DNA from: Eledone cirrhosa
Taxonomy: Eukaryota
Assembly: GCA_964016885.1 (NCBI GenBank)
Contig: OZ024740.1
Location: forward strand, 111,662,001 to 111,726,000
DNA length: 64,000 nt
Direction of reading: 5' to 3'
How positions within the stretch are numbered: the stretch's first letter is position 1; each line of letters starts with the position of its first letter. The translations under genes and the position numbers were made by a program. A model generated the notes under the pieces. That model had not been told where the DNA came from. It saw only the letters and a program-made list of their open reading frames with translations, and did not search any database. Positions 51,771 through 64,000 of this stretch are shown here, one piece after another.

Positions 51771-53026
51771 TCAGGATTTATATTCCTGTTGGTGTTCGCT
51801 TGATGAACTTTTGGTCGTGATATTATATTTGGTTTCGTTATGTATTTTGTCCTATTTTTGGTATTCTGTATATTATTTTTCTTCCTGTTAGCATTATTTT
51901 TAACAATCTGGGAAAATGACCTAGGTTTGCTTTCAGGTTTAGATCGTTTTTTCGTCCAGTTTCTTGTGGGCAATCTCTGTTGAGATCTTGAGAGTGATCT
52001 GGTTATTCTACGTTTTGTTTCCACATTCCTTGTTGGTAGTCTCTGTTGAGATCTTGAGAATGATCTCCTGGTTTTACTACTTCTCATGGTCTGGTCAAAG
52101 GAATACCTATCGTGTTTGTGCTTTTTGTTCATGTTGTGTGCGATAGGGTGTTTTTGTAGAAAAAGCGAAGAGTTATTACCGTAGTTCTTCTTTGATTCAA
52201 GGTAAGGTGAGTGTTTGTGTTGGCACGTGTTCTGGCGTATGTTGTGTTGATGAGATTGTCCACTTTTAATGCTTTTTCTCAGGGTTCCAGAGTCTTTACC
52301 GTAATTTGCAGCATATTCATCGAGAAATAATTGTTTCTGCTGCCATACCTTTCTTGATTTGTTTTCTTCTTTTGAGATATCTCCGATCCATAGTTCTCGT
52401 AGTTTTTCAGCTATAATACCAGTCGTTAGCTTTGAAATTTCAACTTCAATTTGGTCATCAATAGCTTCATATTTGGCTTTGTAGCGGGATTGTTTACATT
52501 CAGAAATGGAGATGTCGGTCCTGAATTTTGTCAATGTAAGTTCCCATCGGAGTTTTGTTTCTTCTTCTGGTTCTCCTGCAATTTCTGTAATTAGGTATTT
52601 ACGAGGGAGTATGGGTGCCGTTAGAGAGAGCCATTTCGAATGTGTTTCGACATATTTTTCGCATCTGTATGCTTTCCAGAAATTTTGTTTTCTTATGTTA
52701 AGGAATTTTTTCCATGTCTTCCACATTTCTTTTCTTATTCGATGTGTTTTGTTTTCCAAATTTCTTTCGTTTATTTCTGACATCCAAGGGGGTTGTGGTA
52801 GGCTTTCTCTTGTATCTTTGATAACTGTTGGTATAATTTCAGCTAAATTCTTAATTTCAGAGTTTATATGTTCAGTTATAAGTTTTCCGTCTGTAGATTG
52901 TTTTTCTATTTCCTTTAAAATAGAGGATTGTGTGTCCATCATCGTGATAAGTGTTGATAATTTCGATGATATCTCCTTTAGAATTCTTTCTGATTCTGTT
53001 GGTTTCATTTGTTGCTTTCCAGACAT
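51677..53026 (-). CDS. Upstream 449-aa ORF of the PLE (coiled-coil-like N-terminus, basic C-terminus), function unknown
   Basis: Intact long ORF between the 5' pLTR and RT, same strand, overlapping the RT frame by ~94 nt. Confidence 0.8.
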   Translation of the reverse strand: MSGKQQMKPTESERILKEISSKLSTLITMMDTQSSILKEIEKQSTDGKLITEHINSEIKNLAEIIPTVIKDTRESLPQPPWMSEINERNLENKTHRIRKEMWKTWKKFLNIRKQNFWKAYRCEKYVETHSKWLSLTAPILPRKYLITEIAGEPEEETKLRWELTLTKFRTDISISECKQSRYKAKYEAIDDQIEVEISKLTTGIIAEKLRELWIGDISKEENKSRKVWQQKQLFLDEYAANYGKDSGTLRKSIKSGQSHQHNIRQNTCQHKHSPYLESKKNYGNNSSLFLQKHPIAHNMNKKHKHDRYSFDQTMRSSKTRRSFSRSQQRLPTRNVETKRRITRSLSRSQQRLPTRNWTKKRSKPESKPRSFSQIVKNNANRKKNNIQNTKNRTKYITKPNIISRPKVHQANTNRNINPEQRKIHFLTSGQQKPEKEKLQEETYPKQLYT

Positions 53027-53108
53027 GTTGGCATATACACAATAGGAATATATATATAGATATAGATAGGTAAATATACACGGGTGTGTATGATTGTGTA
53101 TAGAAGAT

Positions 53109-53305
53109 TATATTAATAAGAGGAATTCCAACTTTGTCTGATTTACTCGTTTTATTTACAATCCTTTAAAATATATATAATGGTATTATAATGAAATAGT
53201 ATGATAGAATATTAAATTCTAAGTGTTAATTGAACAAGTACTTTCATGCTTTCGCAATCTTCAGGTTCATGATATGTGGTGACAGTCGAGTTTGCAATTT
53301 TCAAC

Positions 53306-53306
<1 letters not shown>
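53109..53306 (-). repeat. pLTR (5' copy)
   Basis: Direct repeat of 48901-49098. Confidence 0.93.
53231..53269 (-). ncRNA. Minimal type I hammerhead ribozyme (second copy)
   Basis: Identical to 49023-49061. Confidence 0.85.
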
Positions 53307-53353
<47 letters not shown>

Positions 53354-54299
53354 AATCTGAATGGGTGGGTGTATATATACATATCTGTACATATCTGTAT
53401 ATGTATATATAAGTGTGTATATTTGAATATATCTGCAATGAAATAGAAATGCTTGTTTTATTCGTTTTCTCATATAGCCTCTCGAATTTCGTGCTTTCCT
53501 GAATATTTTATACGCCATACTCATTACATTAACATTTGGGTTCCGTTCCTTCTATAAACAACTTCCTCCTCACCAGAGCCACCGGTTACGATTCTACTGC
53601 CTGGTATCGTGACCATATGTCGTTTACTTTAGCCTTGTATAGATTCATGGTCTATGAATGTATTTCGGTGGGCGGAAACTGAATGAAGACCCGTCAGATT
53701 GACTGGATATGTAATCCAAAACGCCAACTATGTCACACACTGTGTCACAGACCATGTCACACGTAGTCTCCCTGAGAATTACATTAAGGACACCTGTGTC
53801 TCTGTAATCTTCAGTAACATATACACTAATTTCATGAACAGACGGCGCCATTGATCAAACATCCGGAAGATTAATCGTGGAAACCAGTGAAGGTCCATAC
53901 CATTCCACTTCCATGAACAGCTTCATCCTCATTTTATCAGACTGGCATACGATACGCAAGAGTTATCTATCTTCCCCTCACAGACAACTTGTATATACTG
54001 ATTAGCTAAGATGTAACGATGACTTTTATTGTGAACAAAATAATAAGGAAACACGGATATCAACTGGTGGTCCTTTGTTTGTAAACAGACGTCCGTATTG
54101 GATATCAGTGAGGATGACAAATTAGTGTGGAATAGAAAATAATTGAATAAACACACACACACGCACACACACACACATACAAACACACACATATACATAC
54201 AAGCACACACATATGCAGTCACATATACTCACATCCAAACACAACACATACCCAGAGATAAAGAAAGATAGAGATGTGATTGGTATAAGTATGTATATA

Positions 54300-54407
<108 letters not shown>

Positions 54408-54439
54408 TCACACACACAAACATAGACACACATGCACTC

Positions 54440-54509
<70 letters not shown>

Positions 54510-55019
54510 GACCTAGTTTTTTCCAAAAAAATATTCTCGTTATTGTTTTTCTCATAGTTCAGTTGAGATCAACTAATTGGCATCCAGTAGGTCAAAAGAT
54601 AAGCGAGAGCTAGAACTAGGATTAAGTGATACTTTCTTTTTGATCTTCTTATATTGCTAAAATCCCAATTTAATGCGGCTACCGAGGAACGCTCATTATA
54701 GAGAAGTGCATGATACGACGGAGTTTCTATTTGAACTGTTTTTTTTTTTATTGAATATCAACTGTTACGAGCGTTTCGCAAATGATTGGTGCGAGGTCTT
54801 TATAGTTGTTATAGACATGACTCCAATGCTGATGTATTGGTCAGATGTGATCGACTAAAATCAATTTACATTTCTCATGTAAATTGGTTTTAGTCGAATC
54901 CACATTCAAATGAAGAGATCGATACAGCATTCAGGTTCATATGATCGATATATATTTACAAAATATGATTTTTATAAAATCATGCAAACGGCGATCTTGG
55001 ACGAATTCTATATGCATTA

Positions 55020-55428
55020 TATCTGTACATGTGTATATGCAGTTATTAGATGCAGAATTTTTGGAATGTTTTACATATTTTTACTGTTCCATTGATGGAT
55101 TGTACTTGTAATTTCTTAACTAGTCATGTTCTGTGAAGCCCAGCTTTTCAAGATTTGTACTGAGGCAGTTACTAACATATCCCAGTGCCCCAATAATCAC
55201 AGGTGTAAATCTGAAGGTATAATCAGGGTGCAGTATCTGTAGATTCTCATTAGTTCTGCATAGATATTCTCCTTTTCGCTAATCTTTAAGATTGGCATCT
55301 GTTGGGCAGCTAATTTATACTACTGTGCATGATTTCTTCTCTCCGTCCCATATCATAATATCTGGTCTATTATGCCGGCATTGTACTGGGGTTTTGACTG
55401 GAACATTCCACCAGTACTCTTTCATATT
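55020..55428 (-). mobile_element. R4/Dong-like RLE 3' relic
   Basis: RHNRPDIMIWDGEKKSCTVV…LQILHPDYTFRFTPVIIGALGYV; its 3' end also matches 27170-27236. Confidence 0.8.
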
Positions 55429-55514
55429 GTGTGTATGTATGATTGTATGTATGTACGTACTTTAGCTATATTTCCATGTGTCAGAAGGATCTATCCGAAA
55501 TGGTGTCCACTAAG

Positions 55515-55935
55515 ACATCAGATATACATTTTATGGAATGAGGAAAGGTCAATTTATGTGAGAAGAAAACAAAAGGAAACCGCTTAATCAAGTCTAAAAA
55601 GAGGCTCTTGACCAACCTTAACAATCCAGCAGTAGATGATGTGATTTGGTTTTTCTCAGATGAGAAAAACTTTGACCAGGATCAGAAATTTAAGAAAAGA
55701 AATGAGAGATGATTTCGTGCTGATACTTCTGAAGTTGCAACAGTTATGCACACAAACCTTCCTGCAACTGTCATGGTTTTAGGGGTTGTCAGCAATAAAA
55801 GACATGTGATGCCTCCTCACTTATTTCCACATGGCCTTAGAGTTAATTCTGCTGCCTACATTGAAGTCCTGGAAACAGTTATTATGCCCTGGATAGACAG
55901 TGTATATATTGGAAAGTCTTATGTGCTTCGGATCT
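55515..55935 (+). pseudogene. Second maT/DD37D-like transposase fragment
   Basis: WFFSDEKNFDQDQK and PATVMVLGVVS..HVMPPHLFPHGL..YIEVLETVIMPWID align with 14446-15501. Confidence 0.85.
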
Positions 55936-56323
55936 AGCGTTAGAAACGGGCGGAGCTCAGCTGTCCGGGTCCTGAATATTTTCATATATATATATATATA
56001 TATACGCATACACTAATAGCTATCACTTTAACAACAGTAGCTTATTCGAACTGGTTTTTATGAACCAATATGATATATCTCAGCTCTCTATTATAAATAA
56101 GACTATATCCTTAAAATTGATGTTTCCTATATTTACAGTGGTTAGGAGTAAACATTTATATATAAGACAGGGAAACATATTGTCATTAATACAGCCAGTA
56201 TAAATTAAAACACTTTTAGTGATTAAATTACCAAGATTCCATGGGATTTCAAACGGATAAGACAGGTCGAGTCCTCTTGTCATTTATTTATGAACCATAC
56301 ACGCACGCACACACACACGCACG

Positions 56324-56390
<67 letters not shown>

Positions 56391-56527
56391 CTATATATAT
56401 ACGTGTGTTTGCGTGTTTGTCTAATGTTTTTTATCTGGATATCGATGTATTTATTTGGTTGGAACTCTAGCAAATTAACATATACATACACACACACATA
56501 TATACATACACACCCACACGCATATAT

Positions 56528-56584
<57 letters not shown>

Positions 56585-56587
56585 CAT

Positions 56588-56657
<70 letters not shown>

Positions 56658-56685
56658 TTCTTCTCATGTTTTATATATATATATG

Positions 56686-56773
<88 letters not shown>

Positions 56774-57178
56774 ACTGATGGTGCATGCATTTCATGAACA
56801 TCTGCTTGCTACACACATCAATAAGCTACCAGTGTTGTGAACATATTTTAAGCGTTATGTTGTGATATCAAACGATTTTTCCTTGAAATAGCTGTCCGCT
56901 GGCAAATCAGGCATGTTCGTGCTACTTATTAAACTCAATGAACCCTCGTGCTAAATTGAGGAGGCGTGACTATTCGAGCAAGTTCTCTTTATTTGATTAG
57001 TTTAGTCTCACGTTTAGTCGTCTGTTTACAAAGTTTGAATCTAACGTGAAAAGATTTAGCTTTGCTTTTGTGACATTTTTAAGCTACTTTCGCCTGTAAA
57101 CATTCACTATACAAATACATATGCGCTGATTCACTATTATATATATAGGGGGATGTATAATACACACACACACACAGA

Positions 57179-57249
<71 letters not shown>

Positions 57250-57346
57250 ATATGTATGTATTATACTTCCTCCTAAGCGTGAAACTAATAAGACTTGTGT
57301 TTTTGCATCTCCATGTTTTGTCTTGTCATTTCTTGAACTATATATG

Positions 57347-57378
<32 letters not shown>

Positions 57379-57390
57379 AGTGTGTGTGTA

Positions 57391-57423
<33 letters not shown>

Positions 57424-57534
57424 CTGTCTGTCTGTGTGTGTGTATATTATATTATATTTTGTTATATTATATTATATTATATTATATATTATATTATATT
57501 ATATTATATTATAGTATAATATATATCTATATAA

Positions 57535-57612
<78 letters not shown>

Positions 57613-57799
57613 CGGAGGAGTTGTGGTAAGGAACCAGATGGACCAAAACGCACCAGAGTACTCAATACTTAGGGTAGTAGAGTGGGTAATAGGAGATAGT
57701 ATGACCCCAACGGCAGAGCTCAAGTCGTTTCGACGGCTATTTCTGGACTGAAGTCGCCGTCGAAACGGCTTGTGCTCTGCCGTTGGGGTCATACTCTCG

Positions 57800-57876
<77 letters not shown>

Positions 57877-58188
57877 CAAAAGGAAAATCCGAAGGCAAGG
57901 GAAAACGCCAATCATTTAATTACGAAACATGTTTCAATAAGAGATAGATCTATTGTGAAGCCATGATCGATTATCACTGATCTCATCAGGTGAAAATGAA
58001 TTGTCTTCAAATTCTTGATATGAGGGGGGGAAAAAGACATCATCTAGCTGTTCCCTTGAATGGAATTGGAGATATACAAAAGCGTGGAGAACTTAATATT
58101 GCTAACATAAATTTATTGGACCATTTTACACAACCAATAATGCACCTTACTATATAACAACTATATATATATATATATATATATATGC

Positions 58189-58228
<40 letters not shown>

Positions 58229-58579
58229 TTATATATATATGTATATATATATATATAAGTATGATACCAGGAAAAACAGGACAAACTAGGCAGGAAGAAG
58301 TGGTGAGAAAGAGGAATTCATTGAGTGTTCAATCTTTAACGTATGTTTCTGTACATTAGCCGTCTACATATGCTGACTGCATAGTTCAATGCCCAATCGT
58401 ACGTATTACGTTTTAACTATGGCACTTCATCAGAAAGAAATAAACTGGGAGGCAGAGAAAGTAATTGTTATACTCCGAGATGTGGGCATCGCATTTCTGC
58501 AATAAGCATTATTTACTGCTGACAAAGCTAAAGTACAAAACATTGGTATATAAAGAAATTGAGAATCGAAATATAATTG

Positions 58580-58765
58580 TTTCTACTTTTGGCACAAGGC
58601 CAGCAATTATCCCAGTGTATTACTAGTACTTTATTTTATCGACCCCGTAAGGATGAAAGGCAAAGTTAACCTCGGCGGGTTTGAACTCAGACCATAAAGG
58701 GCCGTAACTCTTTGTTGCAAAGCATGGCGTCTGACCCTCTACCGACACTGCCAATCCACCACCCT
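58580..58765 (-). mobile_element. Octopus-type SINE
   Basis: Reverse complement of the 48349 copy (TTGGCAG…GAGTTCAAACCCGCCGAGG…GTCGATAAAATAAAGTAC). Confidence 0.75.
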
Positions 58766-59414
58766 TTTGAGAATCAAAATATAATATACAAATAACAGAA
58801 ATAGTAATCGAAAATAGTAAGCCAAGAATAAGCAAAAATAAGCAAAAATAATAAATATAGTAAATAAATAAAGAAAAGAATAAAATCCTGAATTAGAATA
58901 AATATACGAGATATAGATACAATATGTGTAAGCTGGGTGGGGAATTACAATCCAAATGACCAATTGGAAAATATTAGAGTTCTAAATAGACTTTTAAAGG
59001 AGGAGGGATTACGGCTGGTCAAAAAAACCGACTTAATTCGTATATTGTGGACAGGGGAAGAGGGGGAGGAAAAATAAGAAAAGAGAGAGAGAAGAGAGGA
59101 GAAGAATAGAAGAAGAAAAGACAGAAATCAGTCCGAAGTGACCTGCAATAAGATGTCGTTGATAGTTAATAAATTAACTTGGGTGGGGGAAGATTATTAG
59201 TTTTTAACTTAAGAGATATCTACAACAAAGATCAGCGGGCGCCGAGACGAATCAAGGCAGCGAGAAAGATGGTGGTTGCCGTCCTCCGGGGAAACGCCTT
59301 CTCCATTCTGTCTGTCAGACAGATATTATAAGAGCGCGACGGAGATGGATAATCGGCGCCAAACACCCCTTTAACAACAGAAAATTGAAAAATAAAAGCT
59401 GCAGTTAATATCTT

Positions 59415-59630
59415 TAATGCCTTATCTTGGCAGTTAAAGATTCTATCATGTCGAGAGTTCAACAGATCTGATCCAGTCACAATTTCTAATACTTCCATCA
59501 CACAAAGATTACAGGAACGACCTTCATTTTCGTATGGGTGGGCGAATCTTAACACTGATCAGGAAATTGCATAATCCATATTATTCTGTTTTAAATCCCA
59601 TATTTTTGGCGAGGGCAGTTTATTTAGGTA
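59415..59630 (-). pseudogene. Penelope-like GIY-YIG C-terminal relic
   Basis: IWDLKQNNMDYAIS*SVLRFAHPYENEGRSCNLCVMEVLEI..LLNSRHD resembles the PLE C-terminal W.LK..W..PY..C.LC..E...LLN.R pattern. Confidence 0.65.
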
Positions 59631-62124
59631 CGTACCTAAATCCAATATTTTTGGCGAAGGGTGCGTGCATGCAACGCATGCAGTGCATTCGTTATATAAT
59701 CTTGAGTTGATTAATTGCATCGGTTGAAGCAAGCAGAATTTTGGCTGCTTACTAAATCGTAGATACATAAAAAGATAACACACACATACACAAAAACACA
59801 CGACAGCGTAGGTTGAAGCAAGCAGAATTTTGGCTGCTTGCTAAATCGTAGATACATAAAAAGATAACACACACACACACTAGATAACACTACATGCGAC
59901 TTTGACCGGGAGGGTAATTTATAGGGAATTGCTGTACAGCCCCACTTTCCGTCATGGCGATTGGACTGCCTGCCCTGCTTTCCAGGTTACCCTTCGCCAC
60001 TGATATGTATGTATGCATATATATATATATCAGAGATGTAGATTGATGTGTCTTGATCGTATATTGATCTGTGATTGCTGCGAGAAAGATAATAAGTGCC
60101 CCGAAATATTGAAACAGACCAAGGTAAAAAGCCTTAATTTAGATTTTTTTTAATTTCTGCCATGCAATTCAAGGAAGCTGTGGCAAATAACAACACAACA
60201 GGACTAGATAAGAGTTTGAAATAACAAAGAGTTATGTTGAGCACGAAAGAGAGGATTTGGTTTATGAATCTAGATGTATTGGAATTTATGAGGTAGATTG
60301 AATGCTTCTATGCAGAGACGTGGCTTGAGAAATATATCGTCTTCATGTATGACAGATTATCTTATCTGGGTGTCATGATTAGAACGGCGATGGCTGTTTC
60401 TTAGGTTAAATACCCGTAGGTGTCCTTATTGTTATTTCCGCCAATGAACTTTAGCTATTTATTCAAGTAAAATGATGATACTAGAACGTTTAATTCAAAT
60501 CAATTATTTCAGATTTATTGAAAATAAATAACACGTCTTTATCCATTGTTTTGAATAAGTCAACAATTTCATTTTAAGGCAACTTTTTTCTTATGGCTCT
60601 AATCATGCTGCTCCTATCTCACTTTAGGTAAAAGCTACAGAATGTTGTTTATCTTAACAATAGCTACATACTGTGGTTTACCTTGGAAACAGACATCGAC
60701 TGTGATCTATCTTGATAACAGCAACCCTGATTCAATAGACCTAAAATTCAAGTTGTCGTGGTTTAGTCCCAGGCCACCCTTCATTCAGTAGACCTTTAAA
60801 GTAGTTGTTATTTAGCTCCATGCCACCTCTGATTCGGGAAACCTGTGATCAAAACACTTGTTATTTATGCCCAGTCCTGTCCTAATTCAGTAGACTTATA
60901 ACTAAAGTAGTTTCTGTTTAACACTAGGTCAGCCTTGTTTCAGTAAAGCTATGATAAATGTAATGGCACCCATACCTAGAGTATCCAAATCTACAGTATA
61001 TAATATATAATATTGCTTCTTATTTTTTTCGGCGTGGTTGTCTTTTGAAAGACAAGCCGCAGAGTAAGATTTGAAGGAGAGTTTGGTTACTATTTCCATC
61101 AGGTCAAACAATCAGGCTCGTTGTATGGCACAAATAAAATAAGTAGTAATCTCTAGAGATGTTTAATTGTTTTGCATTTTGGTGTAATTTTGGCTACGTT
61201 TGGTGCGGTTGGTTCGGTTTGTTGGTTGGCTTGGTTTGCGTTTTTACGGTCCACTGATTTCCTCCGTTTCTCTGACATCGTTCACTGGTTATTTTGGTTT
61301 CATGGTCGACTGCTTTTGATGACGATTCCCTAACTAAATGGCCGTAGCTTTCGACATGTACAACAAACAATGCCAATTAGATATTATATAGCAGTCATTC
61401 TCACCATTTATCTCGTTCCACTCTTTAAAGAGACCAAACTTCAAAAGACAGTCCCACAGCCATTGCTGTTGTGCATTTTTTCTCTCTTTGTAATTCTTCT
61501 TGTCGTTGTTGTTGCAGCTATTGCTCATGTTGTTGTTGACATTGTTGTTAATATATAATCTTGTTGTTTATGTTAAACTTTTTGCCAGTGCCCGTATTGA
61601 CGTTGCTTTTGTTCTTGTTCTCGTGGTCGTTGATGTTGTTTTTCTCATTGTAACTATTGATGTGGTTGTTACTGTTGTGGTTGCCAGTGTTGTCACATTG
61701 TTGTTGTCATTATTTGGCTTTTGCTCTTGTTGTTGCTATTCGTGTTAATGATGTTTTTGTTGTTGTTACTGTTGTGACAATTGTTGTTGTTGCCACTCCT
61801 GCTGCTGCTTCTCTAGCCCGTGGAGCTATTTTTTGTTGTAGTTGTTGAAATTATTGTAATGTTTATGTTACTTATTTTGTTATGGGAGGTGTTGATGTGT
61901 TGTTGTTTTATTGTTGTTGTGATACAGCTCTATCTACAGATCTACGCACACATACACAGACACACACATACACGTAAATATATATATATATATATATATA
62001 CATATATATTGAGGTATTTTTGTGATAGTGATGTTTAAATACTCTCCTCTCAATTGCATAGAGCTGAATCTACTGATACACACACACACACCCGCGCACA
62101 TACACACACACACACGCGCGCGCG

Positions 62125-62174
<50 letters not shown>

Positions 62175-62918
62175 AATATATATATATAATTATTAAGGTC
62201 AGTTACTTCAACGGTGCCATACAAGATACGTACGTTTCGTTAGCCCTGAGAACCAACTTGTGCAACCTGTGCCGATGAAAATGAACAGGAAAATATTTAC
62301 TAAAAAATGAAAATACAGAACAATAATGAAAGAGAGTAGAGATCCGATGTGTATGGCCTTAACCTGGTCCCTTTTTTAAACAGGATTCTCCCGAGTTATT
62401 TACCAAATCTCTTCTTGTCCCCGAAACAACGAAGAAAATGAATTTGCCACTGTCCTTGAATCCCTCTCTCCTTGCCCTGCAACCATGACCCACTTTATCC
62501 CCCGCTTATCCCATTTTAGCCCACTTTATCCTATCTTTATCTGTTGACGAATACTCATTCCTTATTTAGATCACGAAGTCTCTCTTTCTTTACCAAATAC
62601 CAACACCTGCTCATTCTCTCTTCCAATCTCTCCCTCTCTCTTTCTCTCTCTTCCTCACTTTCCCTCTCCCCCTCATTCTCTCTATCTCTATCACTCATTT
62701 TTTCTCTTGTGTTTCGCTCTCACTCACAGACACCCATATGCATAAATTCTTTCTTCCATCTTAAAACTTTTCTACGGTCTCTTTTTTTTACTGCAAATCC
62801 ACATATCCTCAAGACCCTTACACACATTCTTTTTTCTTTCTTTCATCTTTTCATTACAGATGTATCTATCATTTTCTTCGTATTATATTTATCTATCCAA
62901 CTGTCTTTCTGATTGTCT

Positions 62919-62971
<53 letters not shown>

Positions 62972-63003
62972 TTACGATTATATATATAAACACACACATA
63001 CAT

Positions 63004-63092
<89 letters not shown>

Positions 63093-63244
63093 TAACAGAT
63101 TAAAGTTTAAGCAAAGAATCGCTGCTTTCACCCTTAACGGGATCTTCTGAAACTAACAAAGTCAATCTGTGAACGCAGATGTGAATATTTCAAAAAACGT
63201 TGCAACCGGAGGAAGACAGGAAGACGATACTTTGGTTCGTGGAA

Positions 63245-63510
63245 ACGTTCCCTGGCAAAGAACGGGAAAAAACGAATATAATACGTCATAATTTGGAGCG
63301 GTGAAAAACAATTACACGCAAAGACATAACCACGTTTATGGTATAAAAGAAGTCGTAGACTAATATTCTCATAGGTGGTTCATAGACACGTTCTCTGGCA
63401 ATGAACGGAAAAAACGAAGATAAAACGTCATATGTGGAGCGTGGAAAACAATTGCATGCAAAGACAAAACCACGTAAATAATATAACTGAAGTCGTAGAC
63501 TAAAATTCTA
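63245..63510. repeat. ~140-bp degenerate tandem duplication
   Basis: ACGTT(C/T)CTGGCAA.GAACGG…GAAGTCGTAGACTAA occurs twice. Confidence 0.8.
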
Positions 63511-64000
63511 ACTAGGAAACCGAATGATTCTCGGCTTCAGAGTTAAGAATAAGGTAAATAAAATACAGAGGTCTGAAATTAAATAAATACATACACGCAT
63601 CCAAATACGTACATACGCAAGCATACGCGAAAACACTCGCCATAGGTATACAAATACACGCACATATAAATATGTGTGTGTGTGCGTGTATACAAATAAT
63701 TAAATAAACGTATATAAATAAATAAATAAATACGTATATAACAAGCGCACACACATACCTACATGTAAATACACAAATGTTCGGAGACGTATGTCAACCA
63801 AAACACGAAGTATACGTATATACACACCCTACATACGTACGAACTCGCATACTCACACAGACGCAAAACTCACGTATACACATAACCAAAAGCATATGTA
63901 CCAGAATATATAAAATATACGCCATAACATATACAATTAAATATACGTACGAGAAAGTATACGTACCTTCATTAAAACATACAGGTAATATATACTTACC

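Larger units (their letters stand above)
48901..53306 (-). mobile_element. Penelope-like element (Neptune-type), apparently intact, with direct pLTRs, inserted in (TA)n
   Basis: RT + C-terminal GIY-YIG ORF, upstream ORF, and apparently identical 198-bp direct repeats at 48901-49098 and 53109-53306. Confidence 0.93.

Overview
Eukaryotic, repeat-saturated DNA, very likely from an octopus or other cephalopod (inferred from dense AT/GT/ATGT microsatellites and recurrent Octopus-type SINEs). No host gene can be called with confidence. Contents: (1) 1-12.2 kb, a head-to-tail array of three divergent L1/Tx1-clade LINEs (- strand) joined by (GATA)n tracts; (2) a DD37D (maT-type) Tc1/mariner transposase pseudogene, plus a second relic; (3) a 3.3-kb 20-bp minisatellite with a higher-order duplication; (4) 27-38 kb, eight copies of a ~610-bp non-autonomous RTE-like retroposon (structured 5' leader, C2H2-finger 3' end, terminal hairpin, (ATGT)n tail), with an R4/Dong-like RLE retrotransposon inserted in one ATGT tract; (5) Helitron-like non-autonomous repeats forming a ~600-bp palindrome; (6) an RTE 3' relic with a 47-bp segment amplified 16 times; (7) an apparently intact Neptune-type Penelope-like element. 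That element has identical 198-bp pLTRs, each with a minimal hammerhead ribozyme, and an extra 449-aa upstream ORF joined to the RT/GIY-YIG ORF by an in-phase U_UUU_UUA -1 slippery site. It is the most striking candidate novelty. Most short ORFs in the supplied track are microsatellite artefacts.
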